Origin: an uncultured Prochlorococcus sp.
GTDB lineage: Bacteria > Cyanobacteriota > Cyanobacteriia > PCC-6307 > Cyanobiaceae
NCBI GenBank assembly: GCA_902594875.1
Contig: CACJNU010000001.1
Coordinates: 57,468-121,467, forward strand
Direction of reading: 5' to 3'
DNA: 64,000 nucleotides
The notes beneath the pieces are model-generated. The model did no database searches and was not told the DNA's origin. It saw only the letters and a list, made by a program, of their open reading frames with translations. The first letter of the stretch is position 1. Each line of letters begins with the position of its first letter. Shown here piece after piece: positions 9,910 to 18,935 of the stretch. Both the position numbers and the translations under genes were made by a program.

Positions 9910-10314
9910 TTATATCTCATCATTCTTCGAGATAGAAGTAAATTCAATTCCTTTGTACTTTACAAATGATGCAGTCCATACTTCTTTTGAGAGATTGCCA
10001 AGGTATTTTAGAAACTGTTGTGTATCTCCGTCTCTTATCCATTCAGATTTAATGAATGGGAGTTCTTTCTGCATTCTTTTAGGATGCATATGAACCAGGA
10101 GCAAACCTTTTTCTTCAGAAGCCCTTTTTAATGAACCTTCATCACTTCTTTGAAACACTCGCATTAGAAGATTTAAGATTACCTCTTCTCCAAGTTTCTT
10201 GAAATTTTCTGTTTCCTCTAAATTATCTTTGATTTCTTTACCTCCAAGAGGCATTGCTCTTACTAAGTTTTGCTCTATTAAAGCTATTGCAATTAGATAA
10301 TCTTGGCTAGCCAT
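9910..10314 (-). CDS. Conserved hypothetical protein
   Basis: 134-aa ORF containing RAMPLGGK and LPFIKSEW. Confidence 0.75.
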   Translation of the reverse strand: MASQDYLIAIALIEQNLVRAMPLGGKEIKDNLEETENFKKLGEEVILNLLMRVFQRSDEGSLKRASEEKGLLLVHMHPKRMQKELPFIKSEWIRDGDTQQFLKYLGNLSKEVWTASFVKYKGIEFTSISKNDEI

Positions 10315-10476
10315 ATTCTAAAAAAATACTTTTTTTGATATTCTAACCTCTCGAGTTCATGAAAATCTTTAATGGATTAAATATCTGCGATAAGAAGAAA
10401 GGAAATAAATTATTTATCATTATCAAATATAATTGAACTATTATTTTATTTTAATTAGTAAAAGTTAAAATTTTAT

Positions 10477-10712
10477 TTGTTAAGAGGTTTTTTATTTTTA
10501 TTGTCCAGTATTTTTGTAGGTCTATATTTATCATGGCTGGGTTTAGTATTACCCGAAAATTGGAAATTTTTTAATCAAATTATTCTAAAATCTGCAGAAG
10601 ATAAAATTTCTTTAAAAGCCGCATTAGAGATTTCCCCTATTTATTTTTAAAGGGCTAATAAAAAAAAACGACTTCCAAATTAAGAATCGTAGCAGATGCG
10701 TGTTTTCGTTAA
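10477..10712 (+). pseudogene. Probable frameshifted remnant of a small signal-peptide protein
   Basis: TTG ORF LLRGFLFLLSSIFVGLYLSW...ALEISPIYF stops at 10648-10650 after a T run. A protein-like tail TSKLRIVADACFR* continues in the -1 frame to 10712, behind two in-frame stops. Confidence 0.5.
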
Positions 10713-10744
10713 TATGTTTAGTGATTTAATATGACTTCTAAAAA

Positions 10745-11548
10745 ATGAACAATAATATAAGATTTGAATTATCATTTAAAAGTATTCCTCAGTTGAAAAA
10801 TAAACTTAATTTTTGCAAATTAAATAATATAAAAAATATTAATATTCCATGCAAAGGACTTATAAAGAAGGATTTATTTAATTCCACTATCAAATTTATA
10901 TCTAAAAACTATGATGAATTTAATGTGACTTATCACTACAGTCTTTATCATCAATATTCAGGATATAGAGAAAAATCTTATCAGGATTTTTTAGATTTTG
11001 TTAAAAATTCTCATATTAATAGAAATTATAAAATTCTCCTTTTGTCGGGATCAAATAAGAAAAAAAACTTTGACACAGTTGATGTATTAGCTTATTTAAA
11101 AAAAGAAAAAAATTTAAAAGTTAAATTAGGTATAGCTTACAATCCATACTTAAAAAAATATTATAATATTCCTTCAGAAAGACACAGGTTCGAAAGAAAA
11201 ATTTCGTCTGGATTAATAAATTCAATTTGGTTTCAATATGGCACAGATATTAAAGTTCTTCAGAATGAGTTGTATTATCTTAAGGAAATAGTAAAAGATG
11301 AAAAATTAAATCTTTTTGGAAGTTTATTTATTCCTTCTAAGCAATTTATAGCCCGGTTTAAATTTCGTCCTTGGAAGGAGGTATACATATCAAAAAAGTG
11401 TTTATTTGACTTGGATAATTTTTTTGATTTTACTAGTGATTTAGTTAGTTTTTATAAAAATAATAATATTACTCCTCTAATTGAATCTGATTTTTCATCA
11501 ATAGAGAAACTTGATTCTGTTTATAGTTTCTTAAAAAACGAAAGATAA
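10745..11548 (+). CDS. MTHFR-like FAD-linked oxidoreductase (TIM barrel), function unknown
   Basis: Motif order NINIP / YHYSL / ILLLSG / GIAYNPY / FERKISSG..IWFQ parallels the MetF motifs VNIT / HLTC / ILALRGD / AGYPE / LKRKVDAGA..ITQ. Confidence 0.6.
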   Translation: MNNNIRFELSFKSIPQLKNKLNFCKLNNIKNINIPCKGLIKKDLFNSTIKFISKNYDEFNVTYHYSLYHQYSGYREKSYQDFLDFVKNSHINRNYKILLLSGSNKKKNFDTVDVLAYLKKEKNLKVKLGIAYNPYLKKYYNIPSERHRFERKISSGLINSIWFQYGTDIKVLQNELYYLKEIVKDEKLNLFGSLFIPSKQFIARFKFRPWKEVYISKKCLFDLDNFFDFTSDLVSFYKNNNITPLIESDFSSIEKLDSVYSFLKNER

Positions 11549-11568
11549 TTTCTTTTAATATTAAACCT

Positions 11569-12726
11569 ATGAAAAGCGACGTTACATATGACTTATTAAT
11601 AATAGGTGGAGGCATATCTGGGTGTGTTTTCGCTTCAGAGTATCTAAAAAATAATATTGCAAAAAAAGTTGGATTAATTGAAATTGGTCGTGGACTTGGA
11701 GGGAGATCAAGCACAAGAATAAGCAAAAAATATAAAGGATGGAAACTAAACCATGGTTCTCCAAATTTTAATATCCATAACAGTAAAAATAATCCTATTT
11801 TAAAAAGATATATTGATGAATTATTGGAAAATAAATATATAAAAATTGATGACTCAGACATATTTTTTCTGAATGAAGATTCTCATTTAGAAACCATAAA
11901 AAAATCTGAATTTTCTTGCGGAGTTAATTATTTATCTTTAGATTCCATGAATGAATTATCGAAAAAGATAATTGAGTCAAATAATTTAAAAGAGAAAATT
12001 GATTTTTTCTTTGAAACTTTAATAGTTGATATGAAGTTTAATGATAAGGAATGGTTACTAACATCAAAAAATGGCGACAAATTCAAGTCAAAATATCTTA
12101 TTTGTTCAACTAATTTGTTGTTACATAAGAGGTCTTTAAAAATATTAAACGTAAATCAAATTCCATTAAGAAAAGCTATTCCTATTAATTATGATAAAAA
12201 AATAGATTTACTATTAAATTTCTTAGAAGAACAAACATTTATTCCCAGGTTAACTTTTTTAATTTATACAAATGAAAATTATAGTTATAAAGATTATTAT
12301 TTTAAAAAACAAAGGTATTTTTATTTAAAAAATAATTTAGAAAAAAAATATAGATTTGAAAGAATTATTTTTCAGAAGCAAGATAATAATAAATTAGGAA
12401 TTGTAGTACATTCAAAAAACGCAGAGTTAATTAATTCTTATATAAGTGCAAATGATGAAGAAGTTATTAAACAAAAAATAATTACAAATTTCAATAAACT
12501 GTTTGAAGAGAATTCTATAGTAAATAAATTAACTTTTGATGAAAAAATATCTATTATGAAATGGAGAGCATCACAGCCATCTGGCCTTGCTGTACCATTA
12601 TCTTTACAATTTAGTAGAAAATATAGAATTGGATTTTGCGGAGACTGGTTTGAAGGAGATGGATTTGGTAGAATTGAAGGCTCAATTTTAAGTGCTTTAA
12701 TGTTAGAGAAAAAATTAAGGACTTAA
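11569..12726 (+). CDS. NAD(P)/FAD-dependent oxidoreductase, renalase-like
   Basis: IIGGGISG, EIGRGLGGRSSTR, NHGSPNF, KWRASQP and CGDWF..GRIEGSILSA. Confidence 0.88.
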   Translation: MKSDVTYDLLIIGGGISGCVFASEYLKNNIAKKVGLIEIGRGLGGRSSTRISKKYKGWKLNHGSPNFNIHNSKNNPILKRYIDELLENKYIKIDDSDIFFLNEDSHLETIKKSEFSCGVNYLSLDSMNELSKKIIESNNLKEKIDFFFETLIVDMKFNDKEWLLTSKNGDKFKSKYLICSTNLLLHKRSLKILNVNQIPLRKAIPINYDKKIDLLLNFLEEQTFIPRLTFLIYTNENYSYKDYYFKKQRYFYLKNNLEKKYRFERIIFQKQDNNKLGIVVHSKNAELINSYISANDEEVIKQKIITNFNKLFEENSIVNKLTFDEKISIMKWRASQPSGLAVPLSLQFSRKYRIGFCGDWFEGDGFGRIEGSILSALMLEKKLRT

Positions 12727-13319
12727 TTTAATAATTTTTTCAGAATTTGATCTATATCAGTGTTTTTTTCAATAATGAATTTATTTGTATTATTTTTTTT
12801 GATATTAGGTTTGGATTTTTCGTAATAAATGCTCCATGATTTTAAAAAATCTTTCTCAGCTTGTTTTTTATTCTTCCCCCTTTCTTTTATATCTCTTTGG
12901 ACAACTCTTTTCATACACTCATTTTTTTTAGTTTTTATTTCTAAAAAAATATAATCCTTATTGTTTAAAGTGTTTGAGAATTCTTCAGCAAATATACCCT
13001 CAATAATTAAAAAACTAATATTATTTGTTTCGTTTAAGATATTTTGAATTGTTTTCTTTTTGAAATTATAATAACGATCACAGATTGAAATTCCATTCTT
13101 ATAAATAAAATCAAAATCTTTTTTGAATAGTTCTTTATTAAAACTAATACTTCTATCAAAAAAACCTTTTATAAATTTTGGTAGTAATTTACTTATTAAC
13201 CCTGTCTTGTAGTAATTGTCGGTACTTAATACAATACCATTTTTATTATTTTTTATTATTTGATTTGATAAAGTTGTTTTACCGCTTCCGGAAGGTCCAC
13301 TTATAAAAATAAGCTTCAT
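12723..13319 (-). CDS. udk: Uridine kinase family P-loop kinase
   Basis: GPSGSGKTT, STDNYY, IIEGIFA and RVVQRD..ERG. Confidence 0.75.
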   Translation of the reverse strand: MKLIFISGPSGSGKTTLSNQIIKNNKNGIVLSTDNYYKTGLISKLLPKFIKGFFDRSISFNKELFKKDFDFIYKNGISICDRYYNFKKKTIQNILNETNNISFLIIEGIFAEEFSNTLNNKDYIFLEIKTKKNECMKRVVQRDIKERGKNKKQAEKDFLKSWSIYYEKSKPNIKKNNTNKFIIEKNTDIDQILKKLLN

Positions 13320-13587
13320 TTTTATGATCTGTTCTTTAATAAGATTTTAATTTTACTATTAATAAATACCTTTAAATTTTGAATATAAATTTTATCTTTT
13401 TTTTAGTTTTTAAAATAATTTATAAAACCTTGCAATGGCTTGTAAACTTGCATAAATATTAAATATGTGTCTTTATATAATTGTAAATAAATTATTTCTA
13501 TTCAATTAGTTATTTTCTAGTTATTTAATTCCTCTGGAATTTGATAATATTAAATTGAAGAGCTAATTTTATTACTTATATATTGCA

Positions 13588-13905
13588 ATGATTTCTAAAT
13601 TTTTCAGCAAACTAAAATCAATTTTGTTTAAAAGTGCAGTAACTCCAGAAACTCCTTTAAAGAAAGAAAAAAAAGCAGCAAAGTCTGCAAAAACAAAAAC
13701 AAAAACAAAAACCAAAGCGGTAAATTCTAAGAAAAATATAGAAACTTTGACTACACTTCCAGGCGTTGGAGCAAAAAGTGCAAAAGCTTTGTATGAGGCT
13801 GGATTTAAAACAACAAAGGCAGTTATCGCTGCTGATGAAAAAGATCTTCTTTCTGTTTCAGGAGTTGGAATAAATCTTGTTAAGAAGCTTAAAAAGCTGA
13901 AATAA
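13588..13905 (+). CDS. Helix-hairpin-helix DNA-binding protein with Lys-rich N-terminus
   Basis: Tandem HhH motifs LPGVGAKSA and VSGVGINLV. Confidence 0.85.
   Translation: MISKFFSKLKSILFKSAVTPETPLKKEKKAAKSAKTKTKTKTKAVNSKKNIETLTTLPGVGAKSAKALYEAGFKTTKAVIAADEKDLLSVSGVGINLVKKLKKLK
13690..13713 (+). repeat. In-frame hexamer tandem repeat (AAAACA)x3 + AAAACC, encoding KTKTKTKT
   Basis: Read directly from the sequence. Confidence 0.85.
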
Positions 13906-13981
13906 TTAAATTTTTTTTTAACTTCTATTAATAATTGATAAATATTAAAATTTAAAAAAAAACTTTAAAAGTTCTAAGAAA

Positions 13982-14158
13982 CTATCTTCTTCTTGCTTTT
14001 CGTCTCTGTTGTAATTTTCTTTTGTATTTTTCAATGGGAGTTTCGTGATGTCTAAGTCTTTTTAAATCTGCAAAGATTCCAGATTTAGATACTTGTCTTT
14101 TAAATCTTCTAAGGGCTGACTCAATTCCCTCGTTCTCTCCAACTGTTACCTGTGTCAA
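13982..14158 (-). CDS. rpsU: 30S ribosomal protein S21 (TTG start)
   Basis: Hand translation [58 protein letters not shown]; missed by the ORF track. Confidence 0.97.
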
Positions 14159-14245
14159 AATTTTCTAAATAAATATTATTCTAGCACCTTGATTGATAAA
14201 TTTTAAAATTCAAACTTCAATTCAAGAATTGATGGTTTATATAGC

Positions 14246-14704
14246 TTATTTTTTTGCCCACTCAACAAATCTTTTTTTATTACTTTTTATATCTTGTAGT
14301 GATTCAAAATAATATTTTTCCCAATCATCTTTAGGCAGTCCAAGAAATAACATTAGATTTAATGGGTATTGATCGCTATCGGAACAATTTCTAAAATCAT
14401 CTCTGAATAAAAAGATTTCCTTTTTTAGGGCTATTGCGATACCTAATTCAATCATTACACCTTCATCTGGTGGATTTCCATTAACAATCGCAAAAATACA
14501 ATCACATTCTTTTAAATCATGGAAATTACTTCTTGCAACGTGATATGCCCATTGACTTTCTTCTTTTGTTAGTGGTTTTGCTCTTTCAAAAGGTTCATAT
14601 ACTTCTAGATTTAAATCATTGAAGATTTCAATAAATTCATATAAGAGAGTTTTAGTTTGTTTTGAAAATCCATATGGATTTGCCAAATATAATTTCTTTC
14701 TCAA
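14246..14704 (-). CDS. Nucleoside 2-deoxyribosyltransferase / N-glycosidase family
   Basis: LYLANPYGFS, PDEGVMIELGIAIA (catalytic Glu) and NLML. Confidence 0.88.
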   Translation of the reverse strand: MRKKLYLANPYGFSKQTKTLLYEFIEIFNDLNLEVYEPFERAKPLTKEESQWAYHVARSNFHDLKECDCIFAIVNGNPPDEGVMIELGIAIALKKEIFLFRDDFRNCSDSDQYPLNLMLFLGLPKDDWEKYYFESLQDIKSNKKRFVEWAKK

Positions 14705-15096
14705 CTTAAACCTCTTTTTTTGATGTAATCTTCGCGGTCACTTTTTGAATTTGAAGTATTTTCCCAAGGGAAAACTATCCATTGGCTTTTTTTTGATATA
14801 AATACGGTATTCCACCATGTAGGTTTAATCTTACTAAATAATACAAAAAACACTGCTCCTTCAATATCTTTGAAGGTCGTTAATGTAAGACCAGTTTCAT
14901 AAACATCATCTACTATTAGCGAATTTTTTTTTGGTTTTGAAATTAATTCAATTTTTAATTTATGACTTAGTGCTACAGCAAGACATAATCCACCACGTGG
15001 AACTCCATATATTCCAGATAAATCCTTAAACCTACATTTATTGGCTATTTCTTCTACGCTTTTGTCAAATTCGCTCCAAGTAAAATAGCTTATCAT
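14701..15096 (-). CDS. Purine phosphoribosyltransferase (Gpt-like type I PRTase)
   Basis: GVPRGG, PRPP loop LIVDDVYETGLT and WIVFPWE. Start MISYF preferred; 4-nt TTGA overlap with the next gene. Confidence 0.88.
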   Translation of the reverse strand: MISYFTWSEFDKSVEEIANKCRFKDLSGIYGVPRGGLCLAVALSHKLKIELISKPKKNSLIVDDVYETGLTLTTFKDIEGAVFFVLFSKIKPTWWNTVFISKKSQWIVFPWENTSNSKSDREDYIKKRGLS

Positions 15097-15103
15097 TTTA
15101 AAT

Positions 15104-15283
15104 TTAGTTTTTTTCTGTTTTACTAGTGTAATTTGAAGCAATTACACTTAAAAGTGCTAGTACTTGCTCATTTGGACAATTAGTATTTTTTTTTAAATTT
15201 TCACATTCATTTATAATCTTGGCGTATGTATCCTCAACAATCCCGTTCATTTGATCGATACTAAAAGAATATGGTTTATTCAT
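15104..15283 (-). CDS. Small hypothetical protein (59 aa), first gene of the PRTase-NDT unit
   Basis: Hand translation MNKPYSFSIDQMNGIVEDTYAKIINECENLKKNTNCPNEQVLALLSVIASNYTSKTEKN; ends 7 nt before the PRTase ATG. Confidence 0.7.
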   Translation of the reverse strand: MNKPYSFSIDQMNGIVEDTYAKIINECENLKKNTNCPNEQVLALLSVIASNYTSKTEKN

Positions 15284-15357
15284 TTTTAAATTATTAGTAA
15301 TCTTATTTTTACTTAAATATCCAACGAAGTAAATATCTTAAATGTTTAAAGATAAAA

Positions 15358-15861
15358 TTATTCCCACATGGGCTCATTTAATTTTTCATTTTTAAGCGAA
15401 GAAGGAACATAAGTATGTAAAGTTTCAATTTTTATAGCCCATTTTTTAGAGTTTCCCTTTAAAATTTCGCTTTCAATTAGGTTTGTTAACGGAATCCTTT
15501 TTCTAACTTTAAGAAGTCCTAAACAAGCTTCCCAGGCTTCATGATTTTTATAAATATCTAACCAAAAATCAAAAATATTTTCTAAGATTTCCAAAGGGAT
15601 ATCAAATGGAATCCCCATTGAAGGTCTTGCAATTAAGTAATTTTTGTTTCTTAATTCATTTAATAAATTATTAACGTTCAAATTAATAGCTAATAGGATA
15701 TCTTTTGCTGATTCATTACCTATTAATTCTTTTCTATGGCAATCTAAAAGATTTTCATCATCAAAGATATTTTCATCACAATTTTTTATTCCCACAATCC
15801 AAAACCCTTCTCCATTATTGACTCCACTAGCAAGAAACAGATATTGATACGAATTCTCCAA
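15358..15861 (-). CDS. Conserved hypothetical protein
   Basis: 167-aa ORF with GEGFWIVG, DCHRKELIG and AWEACLGLLK. Confidence 0.8.
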   Translation of the reverse strand: MENSYQYLFLASGVNNGEGFWIVGIKNCDENIFDDENLLDCHRKELIGNESAKDILLAINLNVNNLLNELRNKNYLIARPSMGIPFDIPLEILENIFDFWLDIYKNHEAWEACLGLLKVRKRIPLTNLIESEILKGNSKKWAIKIETLHTYVPSSLKNEKLNEPMWE

Positions 15862-16084
15862 GATTTAAAATTATTTTCCCATTTTTAACATTTTTTGCTT
15901 GATATGAAAATAATTAAGCTGTGCAATTAACAATATGAAGTCCTCGTAAAAAAATTTTTGTTGTTATAGTTAAATTTTTACAAGATGTTTGATTTAAGAG
16001 AATTAAAACTAATGTTTTTAGACCCTACTGATTTAATAATTAATAATATAAATAAATATCTTTACAGTAATAAAGCGATTAAAA

Positions 16085-16312
16085 TTATTTTTTCTTAGGA
16101 AATAATTTTCCTATTTTCTCTTTTTGCAAGTCTTCCTTTTTAGTTCTTATTTTTTTGTCTTCTAGGGATTCTTTATTTGTACTTACAGCATAAATAATAT
16201 AGAAAATCATGCCAGTAAATATTAATCCTACAAAAATTATGAATATTCCTATAGGTTCACTTGGACTGAATATTTTAAGATCTAAAGCTGTATTTAGGGA
16301 AATTATCATCAA
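16085..16312 (-). CDS. Small single-TM protein
   Basis: One TM helix followed by a basic tail. Confidence 0.65.
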   Translation of the reverse strand: MMIISLNTALDLKIFSPSEPIGIFIIFVGLIFTGMIFYIIYAVSTNKESLEDKKIRTKKEDLQKEKIGKLFPKKK

Positions 16313-16345
16313 TAAACTAATTCCTTAAATAAATTTTATGGAAAT

Positions 16346-16579
16346 CTAATTGATTTCCTCGTATCCAAAAAAAGTTGCATTGTCTGAATTTTTATACCCA
16401 TTAGCGGCTTCCTGTGGGTTTTGACTGTCAATTTTTCTTGCTTTAGCATGAATCATGTTGAATGGGAAAATCACAGCTCCTACAAAAAAATGAAGAATTA
16501 AGAAATCTGAAGGTAATCCATTTGTCCAATCAGGAAAAAATAGCAATGTCATCAATGATTCGTACATATTTGAAGTCAT
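16346..16579 (-). CDS. Small membrane protein (start may be the later MTLLFF)
   Basis: FPDWTNG..FLILHFFVGAVIFPF. Confidence 0.6.
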   Translation of the reverse strand: MTSNMYESLMTLLFFPDWTNGLPSDFLILHFFVGAVIFPFNMIHAKARKIDSQNPQEAANGYKNSDNATFFGYEEIN

Positions 16580-16731
16580 ATAAACCTCTGACTATTATTA
16601 CTGAACTTATCGCAATACTTTTAATTATTAATAAATTGAAATTTAATTTGCTTTTAATAATTATCAGATTTAATTGAAAAGATAATTTTAAAATACTATT
16701 ATATTATTCATAAAGTATTGATTAATAGCTG

Positions 16732-17133
16732 TTGTTAAAATTATTTTTTGTCTTACTATTATTTATAATTTTTCAATTAAAACCTGCAATAGGTTTAGAT
16801 TTTGATTCGTCCGATCCTAGTGTTAGTTTGCTACAAAATAGGATCTCTAATAATTTCTCTAAGAAATATTGTAATGCTATCCAAAATGGTCTTTCTAAAG
16901 ATGAAGCAATGAAATCAGCTATTGTAAAAACTGAAAACATTATATCTTTCTCTTACAATCCTCAGAAAAAATGGATTGAGAAAAATGACTTGGCAAATCA
17001 TATTTCATTGCAAGTAGTAAATGATTGTGGATGGTCCTTTGGATTAATTGGAAAGGAGGGAGTTGATTATTTTAAATCATATTTTCTAGAAATTTACGAA
17101 AAAACTACCCCTGACAAAAATTTTTCAAGATAG
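16732..17133 (+). CDS. Secreted/periplasmic hypothetical protein
   Basis: Signal-peptide-like N-terminus and two Cys (KYC, NDC). Confidence 0.7.
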   Translation: MLKLFFVLLLFIIFQLKPAIGLDFDSSDPSVSLLQNRISNNFSKKYCNAIQNGLSKDEAMKSAIVKTENIISFSYNPQKKWIEKNDLANHISLQVVNDCGWSFGLIGKEGVDYFKSYFLEIYEKTTPDKNFSR

Positions 17134-17142
17134 ATTAGGTGT

Positions 17143-17409
17143 ATGAATAATATTTCAGACAAATTAGTATTGACCATAATTTTGATTACTATTCTTTTTG
17201 TATTTGGATTGATTTTTTCAGTAAAGTCTCCAGAGAGAAAGGTTATAGATTCACCAATAATGTGGAAAGATGATTATTCTAATATCTCTATTTTTGAGGG
17301 CAATAATATAAATTCAGAAAAAATAAATAATTTAAAAAAAATTGTTTACTTAAATAAAGGATCTCATTCAAGGATATACAAAAATAATTTTTCGAATATC
17401 AAATTATAA
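17143..17409 (+). CDS. Hypothetical protein with N-terminal TM
   Basis: 9 nt after the previous stop; hydrophobic N-terminus. Confidence 0.6.
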   Translation: MNNISDKLVLTIILITILFVFGLIFSVKSPERKVIDSPIMWKDDYSNISIFEGNNINSEKINNLKKIVYLNKGSHSRIYKNNFSNIKL

Positions 17410-17417
17410 TGGAATGC

Positions 17418-17759
17418 TTAATTTAAGTATTTCAAAAGAACTGACGCTAATTTTAAATCATCATTAAACCATGCTCGTATGGCCATAGCTCTTCGAGGAT
17501 CATAAAAATTTTGTTTTCTGTACCAACTAAGAACGTCAGAATCTGATTTCTTCCCATTACATGACAAACAACATGGTACGCAATTATTTGAACTGCTAAT
17601 CCCCCCTTTTGACATTGGGTGAAGGTGGTCTAGTGATTCTGAAGGTTTACCACAATAAATACATTTATAATTGGTAAGTTTATTAAGTGACTCTCTCCAA
17701 TTTTTATTACTTATCTTGGGACAAAACTGATCAAGGTAAATTGCATCTTGTCTATGCAT
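17418..17759 (-). CDS. HNH endonuclease (McrA-like, Zn-finger)
   Basis: CIYCG...LDHLHPMSKGG...NCVPCCLSCNGKK. Confidence 0.92.
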   Translation of the reverse strand: MHRQDAIYLDQFCPKISNKNWRESLNKLTNYKCIYCGKPSESLDHLHPMSKGGISSSNNCVPCCLSCNGKKSDSDVLSWYRKQNFYDPRRAMAIRAWFNDDLKLASVLLKYLN

Positions 17760-17900
17760 AAATTTCTTGATATTTTTTCCTGATAATAACAGTTTTTTTT
17801 AAAGTATGATTGAAAAAGACAAAATAAAACTTCTTAAAGTAAATGTTTCTTATGAAAAGAATAATTTTCACTTATTAATACAAAGGGCAATTTATAGCTA

Positions 17901-18713
17901 ATGTTTTTTTCATTAACAATATTCTTAGGAAATTTTGATGAATCTTTATTTAAAAGTATTTATATCTTTTTGATATCGTTTTTTTCTAACACGTTCTCAG
18001 CGATTTCTGGAGGGGGAGCAGGATTATTACAATTTCCTGCATTGATTTTATCTGGAGTTCCTTATTATCAGGCTCTGGCAAGTCATAAATTAGCAACAGT
18101 AGCACTAGGAATAGGAGGTTCCTTAAGAAATTACAAATCTTTAGGTAATGATATAAGTGTTGCTTGGAAAATCTTAATTTTTGGTTTACCAGGAGTAATT
18201 TTTGGAGCTTCTGTAGTTGAATATATATCAGAAAAGTATTTGTACTTAATTTTAGGAATAATATCCATATTATTAGCTTTTTACTCATTCTTTAAACCAG
18301 ATTTAGGTTTATCATCTGGCAATAAAGCGCTTAATTTTGTTAATAAAATTAGATTTTTAATTTTTATCTTTCTTATAGGTATATTAAATGGCTCTATTTC
18401 TTCAGGAACTGGATTGCTAGTAACAATACTATTAATAAAAACTTTTGAAATGGATTTTCTTCGAGCCATAAGTATGACATTTTTTACTGTTGGGATTTTT
18501 TGGAATTTTGTCGGTGCGGTTTTTTTGGCAAGAATGGGATCGGTTCCAATAAATTTATTGATAGTTTTAATAATTGGTTCCTTTACAGGAGGATTTTTCG
18601 GAGCTCACCTGTCAAAATTAAATGGGAATATACTTATTAAGAAAACTTTTATAACAGTTTGTATTTTGGTTGGTATTAGCTTATTGATTAAATCCATAAA
18701 AAGTTTTTTATAA
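17901..18713 (+). CDS. Sulfite exporter TauE/SafE family membrane protein
   Basis: SAISGGGAGLL and GSISSGTGLL half-repeats; about 8 TMs. Confidence 0.88.
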   Translation: MFFSLTIFLGNFDESLFKSIYIFLISFFSNTFSAISGGGAGLLQFPALILSGVPYYQALASHKLATVALGIGGSLRNYKSLGNDISVAWKILIFGLPGVIFGASVVEYISEKYLYLILGIISILLAFYSFFKPDLGLSSGNKALNFVNKIRFLIFIFLIGILNGSISSGTGLLVTILLIKTFEMDFLRAISMTFFTVGIFWNFVGAVFLARMGSVPINLLIVLIIGSFTGGFFGAHLSKLNGNILIKKTFITVCILVGISLLIKSIKSFL

Positions 18714-18860
18714 ATTAATAGAGAATTACAATACAACTTGTTGGACACGACGAAAAAAGCTGTAATTTAAAAAAAGAAATTCAATTTATTTTTATTCATT
18801 ATTAAAGTGATTTATGAATAACTTATTTTATTAACTAATACTTTTAAAAAAACTTAGTAT

Positions 18861-18904
18861 AAAAAAAGGCCTCACAAATGCGGGGCCGGGTGATGGGGAA
18901 CCTT
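18861..18904 (-). ncRNA. Candidate short sRNA: AAGGUUCCCCAUCACCC + GGCCCCGC-AUUU-GUGAGGCC hairpin + U7
   Basis: GC-rich island in an AT-rich spacer. Single-stranded C-rich head plus intrinsic terminator, with no minus-strand gene ending nearby. Resembles the short GUUCCCCAUC-type Yfr sRNAs of picocyanobacteria (from memory, unverified). Confidence 0.65.
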
Positions 18905-18935
18905 ATTTTTAAACCAATTTCATAAAAAATGCAAC

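Noticed and set aside
14701-15141. Longer TTG start for the PRTase given in the track
   Set aside because: It overlaps the 59-aa ORF at 15104-15283; the ATG at 15096 gives a typical N-terminus.
16462-16677. 71-aa plus-strand ORF
   Set aside because: Overlaps the more plausible minus-strand membrane ORF at 16346-16579; no motif.
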